Origin: Marsupella aquatica
Lineage: Eukaryota > Plantae > Marchantiophyta
Assembly: GCA_973895155.1 (NCBI GenBank)
Contig: OZ316893.1
Span: 14,538,645 to 14,602,644 of the forward strand
Reading direction: 5' to 3'
DNA length: 64,000 nucleotides
The position numbers were made by a program, and so were the translations under genes. Under the pieces are notes generated by a model, which searched no databases, had not been told where the DNA came from, and saw only the letters and a list, made by a program, of their open reading frames with translations. Numbering within the stretch: position 1 is the stretch's first letter; each line of letters begins with the position of its first letter. Positions 45,824 to 58,557 of this stretch are shown one piece after another.

Positions 45824-46609
45824 CACTGCTGTTGCCGCTGACGATTCTGCGCTACCTTCCTGCTGCTAGTGTTCCCAAGCGAAGTGAGGGCTCTCCCTAA
45901 CAAAATTGTTGTCCCCTTGTTCGCAGGGAGAAAGCGCACGGGTAAGGGGAAAAACCGGACGAGTTTCTTAATTTTATACGTTGCTTGTTAGACCATGACA
46001 ACCAAGAGTCCCGATTGCCGCAGACACGTTCAAGCAAACTGCAGGAGCCAACATTGAAGAAATTTTAGTACGTCGAATTCAAAGATCACTGAATGCTCGA
46101 AAAGTCCTTGCACAGACAGAGTGTTTGCAAGCTTAGATTCCTGCTGCGCCGAGCTTTGACAAAACGCTCCAACCCAAATGTAGTAGCGAACGAAACCGAA
46201 ACAGAGAGATAGTAGAGCTAAGACAAGACTTCTGAGCAGGAGGAGCTTGAGAAGATGCTTCGACCTAGTGTTGGCAAGCTAAAATTCTGCTGATGCTTGA
46301 ACCAAATGTGGCAGCGAGCGAAACGGAGACCGAGTGTTTGTAGAGCTAAGATAAAATTTCTTTGCGGGACGAGCTCGCGACAATACTTCGACTAAGTTGG
46401 TTGCCAACAACTCGAACGAGACACAGTTATTCCATGAGAGCTAAGATTGCTGCGCGGGCGTCATCGACCCGCACTTGGGAACGAATTGACGAATCAAACG
46501 AGCGCTCCCAAAAGCTTAGTAACAGAACGAGAGAGAGCACAACGAGTGGTCTAGGGTTTCGTGTGGTCATAGACCCTAAACCCTGTCCTCTTCTCTCAAA
46601 TTTGAGAAA

Positions 46610-47520
46610 CTAGCCCCACTTCTTTGAACGTGAATAAAGAGTACAATAAAAATATGACCAAAACATATACCTTATTCACATTCTCTCATCTATAAAAAAA
46701 ACCATGTCATCATTTTAATAACCATGCATACCATATGTTTTTTTATGCACATATGTTATGTTATGGTGGAGCCATAGAACCCATTTTGTATGTAAATAAA
46801 AATCATGACAAAAAGTATTCATGATTGTCATTTGATATCCATCATAGTCATGAATTTTCACATCTAGCCATGGAATTACTGCCTAGAGGCTTCATTCTAG
46901 AAGCCTAGTCCCTAATTCTAGTAGTTGACATTTTATAAGTAACATATTTGCTTCATGTAGTCCAATACCAAACTTTTATCCTCAATCAACCCATGAGATT
47001 TTGGGTACCTTGATTTAAGGTCTACTAGCCCCCACTACCCGTTCTTTGAACGTGAATAGTGAATAGTACAATAAAAATGTCATCAAAATATATTCTCTAT
47101 TCATATTCTTTGAATGTAAATAGAACGATTAAAAAACCCATCATTTTAATAATCATATATAATATATCATTCTCTTTTATGTGCACATCATTCTTTTGTA
47201 TGCACATCCATATGAGTTTTTCACATGCACATGATAGTCATATTTTTTGAAGGTTAATAAAATAATAATAAAAACTATCATTTTAATAGTCATATATAAT
47301 ATACCATTCTTCTTTACGTGCATATTATTCTTTTTGTATGGACATCCATATGAGTTTTTCACATAGACATGATGACCATAGAGTTACGGTCTAAAGGCTT
47401 CACTCTAGACCTAGGCTCTTCAAAATAGACTTCAGTTGGTGCTTTTATAGTAAGATCAAGGTCTATGAACACTCAATCAGCCCAAGAGATTTTGGGTACC
47501 TTGATTCAAGGTTTATTAGG
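46610..47520 (-). mobile_element. Two tandem Helitron-like 3'-end units (46610-47023 and 47025-~47520)
   Basis: Two related AT-rich units. On the minus strand each has a short hairpin (CACGTTC-AAA-GAAC/GAAGTG) followed within ~10 nt by CTAG and then T, the Helitron 3' signature. A third related end lies at 60313. Confidence 0.55.
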
Positions 47521-49244
47521 GTCTATGAACAGTCTAGATCACTTAGGGGGTCTAGATAACTTAGGGGTCTCATCAAGTAGCATTTTTCATTTTGGGGGTA
47601 GATCAAACATATACCTCCAAATGTTAATGTGTCCAAGGCAAAACAATCAAACTATATAATTGTTTTTCATCTACTAGCCAAAATGTCTCTGCCTTGCAGA
47701 TTATTGTGGATACTATGTGATCTTGAGTGGAAGTGTTGCACTCTATTGTGGATACTACTCAAGGTCAAGTAGTCGTGTTATTGATTATAAGTCGGATAAC
47801 CATGCACTTAGAAGCTATAGGGAATTAATGAGTCAGCCTAAACAATCAGATAATCAAGGAGTGTGTGCACTACCACAAGAGTGATCAGTTGGGTTCCGAA
47901 GAGGTGCACACTGGCACCTATAGGCTCATCTCATAATTAGTAAGAACCCTCACTTTAATTGACCGGCCACGGAGGCTGCCTGCCAGATTGACATTTATAC
48001 ATAGCATGAGAAAGGAATAGCAGGATTGCATGTTATAGTGTTTTAGATCTATTTATCTTCCATCAGCGGATTTTGATGATGTTATAGTGCACCCAAGCCA
48101 TCCACTCTAGCAATTGGTACTACAATAGGGATAAGGTTTTCTCATGAATTGATTATTGAGAATTTCAATGCATATTTAGTACAATATTCTAAGCATTTTG
48201 ATGTAAAACATTGAATTATCAGAGTACATTGTGGTTTAAACTAAGAATGAAGAGAAATTGTGAATGGTATTGTGCTATAACTTGAAAAGAGAAATAATTA
48301 ACTTTTTGCACATGGCATGTGCAAACCTCATTGTCCCTTCCCCCATTAGGGGACATCCATATCCCACTTACAAACTTAGTTACGACACTCAATTTAAACC
48401 TTTAGATCATCACACTATTGCACTGTTTTGATTTCATTCCTTAATTTTGATTTTTTCTTTATTTTCTTGATGGGGTTTGCTTTTGCCCCACTCGTTTGAG
48501 TTTAGTGTTTTTCCACTCTTGACCTTATTTAATTTTACTCAGACAGTAGTACTTTGTTTTGCCCCTTTGTTACTAAATTGGTCCATTTCTTGATTCATTT
48601 ATCCATCAATAGTAGGAAGACAATGAACCTTTATACAAGACTGCCAAGATTGAACCACCCCACCCTCTCGCATCACTCTGCCTAATGTTAGGCTTAACTC
48701 TCAGGTCCAGAGTTACGACTATACCGCAAGTAAAGCTAACCTTAGTCACAGACTAGGTTAGATTAGTCATGGTGCACACACACTATACCCAAACGGTGTT
48801 TGCTTGGATAGTGAGAACTCAAGTTCATTGTTATGGAACCAGTTGAGAGATATGGAGAGTTGGTGTCGTGGATACTTGGTATGGCCGGTTAGGTTAGAAT
48901 GCACTATAGTTCTTGTGTGTTCATGTGGACGTAACCTCATGTGGAAGTGGATCACGTATCTCTCTGTGTTGACTACTCGATCATTGGATGGTTATGGGCA
49001 TGCTCTTATGAATGTCGTCAATGCTCAACATAAAGTTCCAATCCCCCCTTACAACAATATACAACCCCCATTACAGCTCCAATCCGACCCTTTACAGAAC
49101 CAAAAATTACGTTGCTTTTGCCACAAACAGGAATGTGCACATTTGTTATTGCTAAAAGTAGATCATTCCTGTTTGTGGCTGGTTGTGGTGATGTGACGCA
49201 ACCTCATGGCAGAGAATTTGCAAGAGACCCCTAATGGAGGTCCG

Positions 49245-49875
49245 TAAATACACAACCCCCATTACAGCTACAATCCCCCCTTACAGCAATATGCAATCCC
49301 CGTTACAGCTCCAATCGACCCTTTACAGAAATACACAACCCCCATTACAGCTGCAATCCCCCCCCCCCCCCTTACAGCAACATACAATCCCCATTACAGC
49401 TCCAATCCTACCCTTTACAGAAATATACTACTCCCATTACAGCTCCAATCCCCCCTTACAGCAACATACAATCCCCATTACAGCCCCAATCCGACCCTTT
49501 ACAGACATATACAACCCCCAATTACAGCTCCAATCCCTCCTTACAGTAACATACAATCCCATTATAGCTCTAATCCTACCCTTTACATCAGTATACAACC
49601 CCCATTACAGCTCCAATCCGACCCTTAACAACAATATATAATCCCCATTACAGCTCCAATCCGACCCTTTAGAGCAATATACAACCCCCATTACAGCTCC
49701 AATTTGACCCTTTACAGCTCCAATCCGACCCTTTACAGCAATATACAATCCCAATTACAGCTCCAATTCGACCCTTTAGAGCAATATATAACCCCCATTA
49801 GAGCCCTTTAGAGCAATATATAACCCCGAGTACAGCTCCAATCCGACCCTTTAGAGCAATATACAACCCCCATTA
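49245..49875. repeat. ~40-bp minisatellite array (consensus about ATACAACCCCCATTACAGCTCCAATCCGACCCTTTACAGCA), with an outlying unit at ~49040-49098
   Basis: Roughly 15 degenerate units with recurrent CCCATTACAGCTCCAATCC and CCCTTTACAG. Confidence 0.9.
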
Positions 49876-50693
49876 CTCTGCTCACTCCCACAATCCTCGT
49901 GCGACGGGGCCCACGCTTCTCCAGATCCGGGCTCCGCTCCTCTCCTCTCCTCTCCTCTCCTCCAAAGCTTCGTGAACACTCGACGTCAAATCGATGGAAG
50001 AACGCAAACCTTGGTGAACACTCGACACCAAATCGATCGAAGAAGGCACTGCAGTCGTGGCGACGACCTCCATCTTCGATTCCGCCATCGCACGATACCC
50101 TCTGGTTTACCAGACGAGACAGGAAACAGAAACGGAACGCAGAATTGAATTGAGCCCCAAGTAACGTCTGGAGTTGATGCTGCGGTCGTCTCGTCGTCAA
50201 GCCGTGTGAGAAAGTGATCGAACAAGCGCGGCCAAGTGTCCGTGTGTGTGGAGGGGACTGTGGTGATTGCGGTGATTGCGGCAGTGGTGTGTGGAGGACG
50301 TTTTGAAGGTTTTTTTTCTTTTTTCTTTCTCTTTCGGAGGGGTTGTTCGGCGGTTGGTTGGACTTGATTTCAGAGCGGTCAAGAAGTGACGGATGAATTC
50401 TGGCCTCGACACTTTTGGAGTGGGATAAATGTACTTTGGTGACTCGCGGAGAGCATTCGAGCGGCTCGTGACATCCCGTCGTATGTGAAACTGACCGAAA
50501 AATCGCGGCTAGATTCGAGTGTGGAAGGGAGTCACGGTGTTTCCGCGTAAGGTGTGGACGTTGTGAAGGTCTGTTGTGCTTCGGAGGGGTTGTTTGACGG
50601 TTGGTTGGGGTTTTGATTCGCACGAGGAGGAGGACGAGCAGGGAAAGGCGGAGGGAGTCCGATTAAGAAGGGCCGGGGGTAAATTCAGAAACC

Positions 50694-52917
50694 ATGGCGG
50701 TGAACCCGCAGCTTTACGGGAATGGCACACCGGTGCCGTTCGTGGACGAAATGTTTGTGCTGACTCGAGATCCGGTGGAGTTCCAAGTGGACAATCTTCC
50801 AGAGTAATTTTCCTGTCTCTGCCTTTCTGCTTCTCGCTTGAATTGTTTGTATCCGTCGAATGCCCTCTCTCCCTCAATTGAGACATGTTTCATGTTGTTT
50901 TCGTAACATTTCTCAATTGGTTTAGCGTTCTCCGTCCCGTTCGAAGTATTGAACATGGAAGATATGTCCATTGCATACCCTATTTTGCCTTGGGGAGATG
51001 TCTGCAGTGTAACGCTCGAGTCTTTTCGGACATGGATAATTGCCCCGCATACGTGGCTGGAATTCTGATCCCCATTGTTTAAACGATCGCGATGTTTTGT
51101 CGGCCTCTCTGTGACCAGCAGTTGTTTGACCGTTAATTTGAGCCGGTCTCAGTACTAGAATTCGGCTCACACTGAGAAGAGTGGACCTCTTGTCCATATT
51201 AATCCGATATACTTCTTCAGTGAGCTTAGACTGTTGCGACTTGCCCTCACTCTGAGCTATCAAGGGCGGGGAGTTGTTACCGCACGTTTACTTGCTCACA
51301 CCGGATGGGAATTCATTCTTCGTGAAAAATTGCGTGGTACTCGTCTAAGTTTGTTAGTCTCTTGAACTCCCACTCGCTAGGGTACATTCTATTTCATACT
51401 GGATTTTCGGAGTTTGAGTAATTCTCGTTGCTTAGGATGGAGGGTTTTCCATGGAGTTTCTTCTAGGCATCCCCGCAAGGTTTTAAATTATCCTACAATT
51501 GATTCACATGGATTCTGGACGGCTTTTCAGAACGTGTGCACTCCAATGATCTGGAATCCGTTCATGTCCATAGTTTTTAAGAAGCGTTAATGAACATAAT
51601 CATATCGGGTGGGTGTGCCGACATCAAGGCTGCTGAGTTGGGATGTGACTGACGAGGTTATTAATTCGTCTCTCTCAGTGCTCCAGGAGGCAAGCTGTCA
51701 GCGAAGGGGGCTATCTACATTTCCAACATCCGCATGGTTTTTGTTGCCAGCAAGCCCGTTGGACATATCGCTGCTTTTGACTTGCCACTGGTATGTGGTC
51801 TTTGCCTGATTGCATTATATTCTGTTTTTGTCAAATGGTTGCACCCTTCATTATCTCCTATGAATTGAAGTTGAAGGTTGACCGTCGCAAGGGCATGACT
51901 TTCCAGCATGCAAGCAAACACTGCAAGAAGAGGACCTCCTATGAAGTAGTGCATAATATTCACTGTTTCTAATAAACTTTGTTCGATCCATCGCCATTTG
52001 CCTGTGGACAAGTCGGGAAAGAACAATATAATGTTTCACAGTAACTGCTACCGATGCCTGATCTTAGCTACTTGCACCTTGCAACAGCCGGGTAGGATGT
52101 GCTGACGATGTGATCGTTCCTATGCAGCTCTATATTCATGAAGAAAGATTCAATCAACCCATATTCTTCTGTAACAATCTGTCAGGAAAAGTTCATCCTG
52201 TAAGTAAGCATTCCCTCCAAATGTGGCTATCTTGGTTGGTTCCTGGTTGCAGAGGCTTTTCCTTGACCGTCAGCGATAACTCCATAATTATTTCAAATTT
52301 TGACGGGTCATGGGACTTTATATTGATGCTGCACTGGAAAGTGTTTCTCAAAAGCGCCGGTCTTGTGGAATCACAGGTTGTACCCGAAGGACAACACAGG
52401 GCCCTTTACGGAGTTCATTCTTTTAAGGTTTTGTTCAAGGAAGGAGGTGTTGGAACTTTCATTCCACTCTTCCTAAACCTCATAAGATCCATAAGAAATT
52501 TAAATGTTCCAGCTTCTGCGCCAGATTCCTCAGCCCCACCGTTCGATCCTATCCCAGCAGAGCAACAACCTGTCGATGACATCATTAGACACGCGTAAGT
52601 TTCTGTGTTTGTTGCCTAGAGCTCCGTCGAGAGGTCTGTGGATTTATGGCTCTCAGCACGTGAATTTGTATTTCAAGGGACTAGGTCTGGACCAAGTTCA
52701 TCTTGGTTAAATCGTGAAAATAGTCAGATCCGTCCCAATTATTCTCGTGTTGATGAAGTTGCTGCAAATCTCCTTCACTAAGGCACGTTTTTGTAATTTC
52801 AGGTATGTGGACCCGAACGATCCGACAAAGCTTTATCTTCAGCAGCCATTTGATAACCAACCGAGTCTCAGACGGCGTAAATACAATGCTCCTCTTCCTG
52901 CAGAAGGGCAACTTTAG
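50694..52917 (+). CDS. UPF0664/WBP2-like PH-GRAM-domain protein (At5g11680-like), ~208 aa; exons 50694-50803, 51679-51790, 52128-52199, 52377-52594, 52803-52917
   Basis: Joined sequence MAVNPQLYGNGTPVPFVDEMFVL...AKGAIYISNIRMVFVA...FDLPLLYIHEERFNQPIFFCNN...HSFKVLFKEGGVGTFIPLF...AYVDPNDPTKLYLQQP. GT-AG introns with consistent phases. Confidence 0.9.
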
Positions 52918-54725
52918 GACGTTTTGTGTTTGCATCAGTTAGAAGTTAGTCTTTTCCATGTAAGATTCACATGTCCACCGTCAAACGGATTTAACCTACT
53001 CTCCAGTTCCAGGTTCTGCCCGCACTCCCTCAATTACCGTTTGTACGGAAGTCACCGTCAAATACTAAGATTAAAGTCTACTCACTATTATACGTACACT
53101 CGGTGTTTGATTTAAATCATCCTGAAACAAGTTAGATAGAAGGTGGCAGATTGTTGATGTAAATAAGAACGGAGTGGGTGATGCTCACGGCATTCACTGA
53201 TACTCCGATTTTGCTTGTCCATCAGTTCTGCAATTGCAATCAGCTTTGGAGATTGCAGCCTAAAGAATTCCAGAATGAAACAGAAGACAGCCCAACGATC
53301 ATTGAGTTTTTAGACAATTTGCTGTTTTTGAAGAGCTATCTGCAGGTGGCTTGCCTGAGGCCTACAAACTATTCCAGCTTCAAGTAAAGAACTGGCTTGG
53401 TACCTGATGACAGCGTGATGAGTTGAGCCTTGGAAATGCCTCAACTCGAGGTGCTTTTGGGTTGCAGTGGTCATGGCCGGCCAAAAACTCTACTTGACGT
53501 GTGGATGTCCAAATCAATTACGGCCCAGTGAAACCCTAGTGTAAGTGTAGCGCTGCTTTTGGTGCAAGCCTTGCTAATCATCGCTTCATATTTCCTTTTA
53601 ATAAACAAATCGGCATTTGGTATGCGGAAATTCCTGAGTCCCATCTTGAACCTGGCCTGATTATTCACTGTCCAATTCTCAATCACCTTACTCCTCTAAA
53701 TGGATTCTAATGGATTCTAACAGTGAAGTTAACTGGTGAAAGGTTTCCGTGTAACCCATGTCTTCCAAGACAGTACAACTCATTACGTCAAGGCAGAGGC
53801 GATAGATTTGCTGGAGGAACCGACCACGATTCCAAGAAGGTCGTAGCAAAATGAGACGTGTCTTCTGTTTTGAGTTTCCATTGTGTGAGATTTTCTTCAT
53901 AAATTATGCTGAGATTTCACCGTTACAATGCAATCCATCTTGTGACGTACTTCATATGGGTCGGAACGTCATATCAAATTTGGTAACCTTCCTGCTGCCC
54001 GTTCTCATTATTTGAAGTAAGCCCTTAAATTTCAGTCCACATCCAGTCCACTGCACATGGCAAGGCCACATCTAACCAGCAGTTGCAGTAACACTGTTAT
54101 CTACTCCGACTCCGTCCTTAAAAACGTTAAAAGACGCTTGTCCATCTTCGGCGTTGCAATCTGGAGGTATGTCCTCTGTAGAGAAGGTGGGTGATTTTGG
54201 CCAAATTGCAAACACTTGCAGTGAAGCCACCTTAAATTTCTGTATCGAGAACATGCCAGCTAGAATGTATACATGGATGGTCGTCCACTCTCAAAACAAA
54301 TGCAGCGACGATCTTTTGCAACCAAGCTGGATGGAAAAAACACGATTCCAAGTATGGTCATGGTCTGTTCCTATTCGAAGGACTAGAGCCCACTAGAGCG
54401 GTAAAAGCTACTCCTCTACATCTTTGGGAACACCGGAAGTTGACAAATTATCTGGACAGCGGCCTCTTTAACAAACTAAGCTATTTGGCTCCTGTAATCC
54501 GGTTCCACCTCCTTAGGTTGTTTCCTTGCATGCTCAAAATCCTGTCTCTCAGTAAAACACTTCCTCCGCAGGCTTTATGGAGGTTTTTCTGGCAAAACTC
54601 GTTTTGTCCTGAAGTCAGTCAGGCAAAATAAATGTTCGTCTTATTGAGGCGCTCAACGAACCGTCCGTCGCTTAGACAGCCTGTTCTCAACAAACGACCT
54701 CTACAATAAGTGGTCATACCAAAGG

Positions 54726-57700
54726 CTATTTCTGTGGAGCAGGAGCATCCAGCAGTTGCTGTGCAGGTGTAAAATATAGCTGCAGTGATATGCCGCAAAT
54801 CACTATACCCAAAAATAACTGCATCAGCCAGAGAAGTAAGTCATTCACTATGATGCGAACAAAGGCACCGTGTAGAAAGCAGAACTACACAGAATCCTTC
54901 TCTATCATGCCAAATCATGAGTCTTCAGACTTACCGTTAATACGTTATGACCAGAGCGCCCAATTCAATGTTGGCGGGCACAATCCAAACAAGCTGAAAC
55001 GCTAATGATGCTCGAAATATGTCAAGGATCATATCAAAATTGTGTGAACAACTCAGAAGCTCAAAATAGTAGAAACGGTATGTGCAGTACCTGGAGTGTC
55101 GGTACTAGGCTGAATAAATAAACCGAAATCACCATTGTCAGAAGCATTGCCATGGATGTCGAATAAACCTGGACAAGAAGACAAGAAACATGAATTATTC
55201 TCGGTGTCACCGGAAGCTGACGTTTCCCAGAAATCGTGCTCCCACAATTCTGATGTAAACCGTTGCAGTCTTTTAGGATAAATGCACCTGAGATTTACCT
55301 ACTTCTTTTTTACGTGCCAGTCCTAAGATCTCAATCCTAAGACCTTAATCTGGGCAGAGAGACGACTAACCTTCACGATGTTGTCCGCAAATTTCATGAT
55401 CCACGACACCAGCAAGCCAGTGCATCCCAAATTGATGACCACCAGTAGTGTCACTACATTGTAGCCATGGAACAGCCGTACGAACCACAATCCATTGGCA
55501 AACTTATCTTTAAAATCCACCGCAGCCAGCTTCATTCCATTGAAAAGAACACCAAACCTGCACCCATCCAAATCGTCGAGTTCAACCACAGGCAAAGTAA
55601 TTTCACTCACAATTATCTTGCGTGTTTTCCTGGACAGAACACTAGGGTCGCAATATCTAGAGACATCGTACAGTGGCTACAGTGCTGTAAGTGGAAAGTG
55701 CTAATTATACGAAAGAGGTAGGAAGACCTACGCATAAAGCTGAACATTCTGCCAGTGTAGAGAATCGTCATTCTTCTTCATCAGGAATTCTGTGTAGACG
55801 CCTGCCAAGGCAGAGAGACAAGCAGACAGAAGAGCCAGGAGATATCCTTCTAAGGGAGACGCAAGAAGTTTGTCACAATTCGTCTGCCCGCAACCTCTCA
55901 ACTGTGAACAAGACAGTGAGTCAAAGGTAAGAATCCTTGCAAATTCGCTGTTGGATCTACTAAACATTTTTCCTATTCTTGTGGCACACCACAATCTTTA
56001 ACCTGATTCACCAGAAGTGAGCGCATCACTAATTTTACTCAACTTCCTCTTCCCTCAGTATCTAGCTTTCAAATCGTTCTGTTGTTACTTCCCTTCATTT
56101 TGTCCATTCTTGTGAAGCAACAAGCATATTCCCTCACGTTCACATTTCAATTCTCCAAAGAAATGAACATGGAGACAACCCGGTAAGCAGAAGGACAAGG
56201 GACTACCATAAGAACTGATCTATGCCTTGAGTGCTTGCTACAGACGCCCTTCGAACCCAATTGGGCAGCAAGCCCTGTCCAATTGTTAGTCTACGTCTTC
56301 TAACACATCACACAAGCTCTTAAAAAAAACTTACCTGACTGGTCGTAGTCCCAACAGTCAGTAATGCTATCGCCATCCACTGCAATTTTGATAATTTCTT
56401 CTTCAAAAAGAACCTGTACATAGAGTCATATACCAAATTCAAACATCGGAACGAAGCACAAAGATCAACAAAAGAGTAACTGATAGCTTGCCAATTAATA
56501 CAGAAAAGAGCAACGTAATTTAAAGTGGAAAGAGCTATTGGTGTATATCACACAATCACCTTGAAATTGCAGAGAAAAAGTGGAGGCCTCACCGAAATAG
56601 AATGCCCGTGGTTACAATCTTCAAGTTTCCCAGAATTTGGTAAGTGGCTGTGTCAACGTAGGTAAGAGTAGCAAATTGGATATTGTTGTGCAGGACATAA
56701 ATTATCGAAGGGATCGGGTACAAGCACACACTCCTCCAGTCTCTTGTAATTCTTGGAGCTGGACCTTTCTGCATTTCCTTCCAGAGAAACGACGCACTGA
56801 CACAAAGCTGTGACCCCAAACAATTCAAGCTTTGCTCAGAAATTGCAGTGCTATTGCAAGAATAATAATTACAGAAGTCATCCTCCAGCCGACATCTCAC
56901 ACCAGTGCTGTTTTATACACGACTTGCTCTCTTGGCTCAACATCACCTGCCTACGAATGTCAATTGCGACTCCTCAACAACGGAAGGAAAGAATGAGGTT
57001 CAGCCTAACGCTAATTGATTTCCGCCTTCCATCTAGTCACCTAGGGAAAAGAGTTGGCGGGATGAAGAGACCAAACGACCTATCCACCCTGCTGCATGAC
57101 GAAAACGAGATGGATAGCAACGTGCATCAATTTACCTTAACGATCTCCGACAGAAACGGGACTGTTGCGTAATCATATTCATATTTCCCATCCGTTTGAG
57201 ACAGCGTTGTCAAAATACCCTGTGACACGAGAAACAGGAGATGTCAGACTTATCATCCTTGCTTTAAAGAACAGGGAGACTATCCCGTCAGACTATCAAC
57301 GCAGACAGCAACCTGACATTATTATCCAATGACGAAGGAGTCGCCTCCATCCCAAGAAGGAGAAAATTGGAAATCGATTCCATTCGAGATCAGTGGCTTC
57401 CAAATCCTGATTCGTGGCGCCAGTCAAGTAAGGCGGAGTGGGAGAAAACCCCAATTACGCATCATCTCTAGAGCTACAGAATCATCCAGAAGACCTCTCG
57501 CGCAAATCCCCCAGATCTCCCGATGTAATCAATACGAGCTCCAGAGGACACACTCCTACGGGTCAAATGCGTCGCTCCAACTCATCGTTCAGTTACAACA
57601 GGCAGGCACGCTTGCATTGCTTACTCAACAGCTCGCGGTCGAGACAACTCTCACCCCCGAGAAAGAACTTACGTTCCGTCAATGCAGAACTAGATGATGG

Positions 57701-58557
57701 CCAGAGACTGAGCAGAGGCAAACCACAAACGAGAGAGAGAATGATTCGGGAACCCCGCAAACAAACAGCATGCATTTAACGAGCTCGAATTGCTCATAGT
57801 AGAGGACGAGCCAAAGAGTCCTAGAACGCACGCACGCACGCAGGCACAACCGAAGGAGATTTTATGCACCTGTGAGCTGGTGAAGAACATGAACAAGAGT
57901 ACAATACGCGGTCGAACAAGAGACTCCATGGTCGTCTTCACGCAATTCACAAGCTTGCATTTCGTGGTGGAGATTGACACATGACGCACGCATTTGATGG
58001 ATGGCCAGATGGACGAGCGCAGAATTCAAAGATATCGCGCCCTCGTTCCTTCTTTCAGCTCCTCTCTCTCTCCTCTCTCTCTCTTTCTCTCTATCTCTCT
58101 CTCTGAGTCAACACCGCCGGAGTTGACGAAAACAACGCCCTAAAAATGTTTTTCTTCTGTTTCTCTGGTAACTACAAGACGTGATATACAGTAAAATGCC
58201 GCTACGTTAGTTCGCGACGAGGACAGCGATGTGGATGCTGGAGATGGCGTGACTGATGAAGGAGGTGGTGGTGCTAAGAATGCAAAGAGGCAGAGCAGAG
58301 GAGGCAGAAGTAGAAGGAGAAGGGCAAATAGAAGCAGCAGCAGAAGATGTACGATGATGATGATAATGATGTGTATTGTAGGTGTTCACCTGTGAACTGG
58401 TGAACACAGTGAGAAAGGAAGCGACCAACACAGGTGGAATGCGCACGGGCTGCTGCTGCTTCGACTTGACCAACTTCTCGTCCTTCTCTATATCTACATC
58501 CCTTAACAACGCCTGCTGCTCCGAGGTGCTTCCTCCCGCGCCTACGAAACTCCTCAT
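54726..58557 (-). CDS. Nucleotide-sugar transporter, CMP-sialic acid transporter-like (SLC35A family, At5g41760-like), long isoform using first exon 58557-58390
   Basis: FTSSQ|GILTTLSQTDGKYEYDYATVPFLSE, HNNIQFATLTYVDTATYQILGNLKIVTTGILFR, LSALAGVYTEFLMK, GLLVSWIMKFADNIVK|VYSTSMAMLLT and LFLGIVIC...QK*. Stop at 54726-54728. Confidence 0.9.
57870..57929 (-). CDS. Alternative first coding exon of the nucleotide-sugar transporter (MESLVRPRIVLLFMFFTSSQ)
   Basis: ATG at 57929, 20 codons ending FTSSQ, then CAG|GTGCAT. Same phase 0 and same terminal motif as exon 58557-58390. Preceded on the minus strand by a GA-rich tract (~58060-58105). Confidence 0.75.

Noticed and set aside
46550-46584. Telo-box-like motifs (TAGGGTTT, CCCTAAACCCT) upstream of SNU114
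   Set aside because: Plausible, but short motifs like these occur elsewhere in the window and the transcription start is unknown.
49245-49875. Possible CRISPR-like array or Pro/Gln-rich coding ORF (49234-49641)
   Set aside because: The units are contiguous with no unique spacers, there are no cas genes, and the context is eukaryotic. The ORF is a by-product of the repeat.
49808-50623. 271-aa minus-strand ORF
   Set aside because: No recognisable domain, low complexity, and it lies antisense over the GC-rich promoter/5' UTR of the WBP2-like gene.
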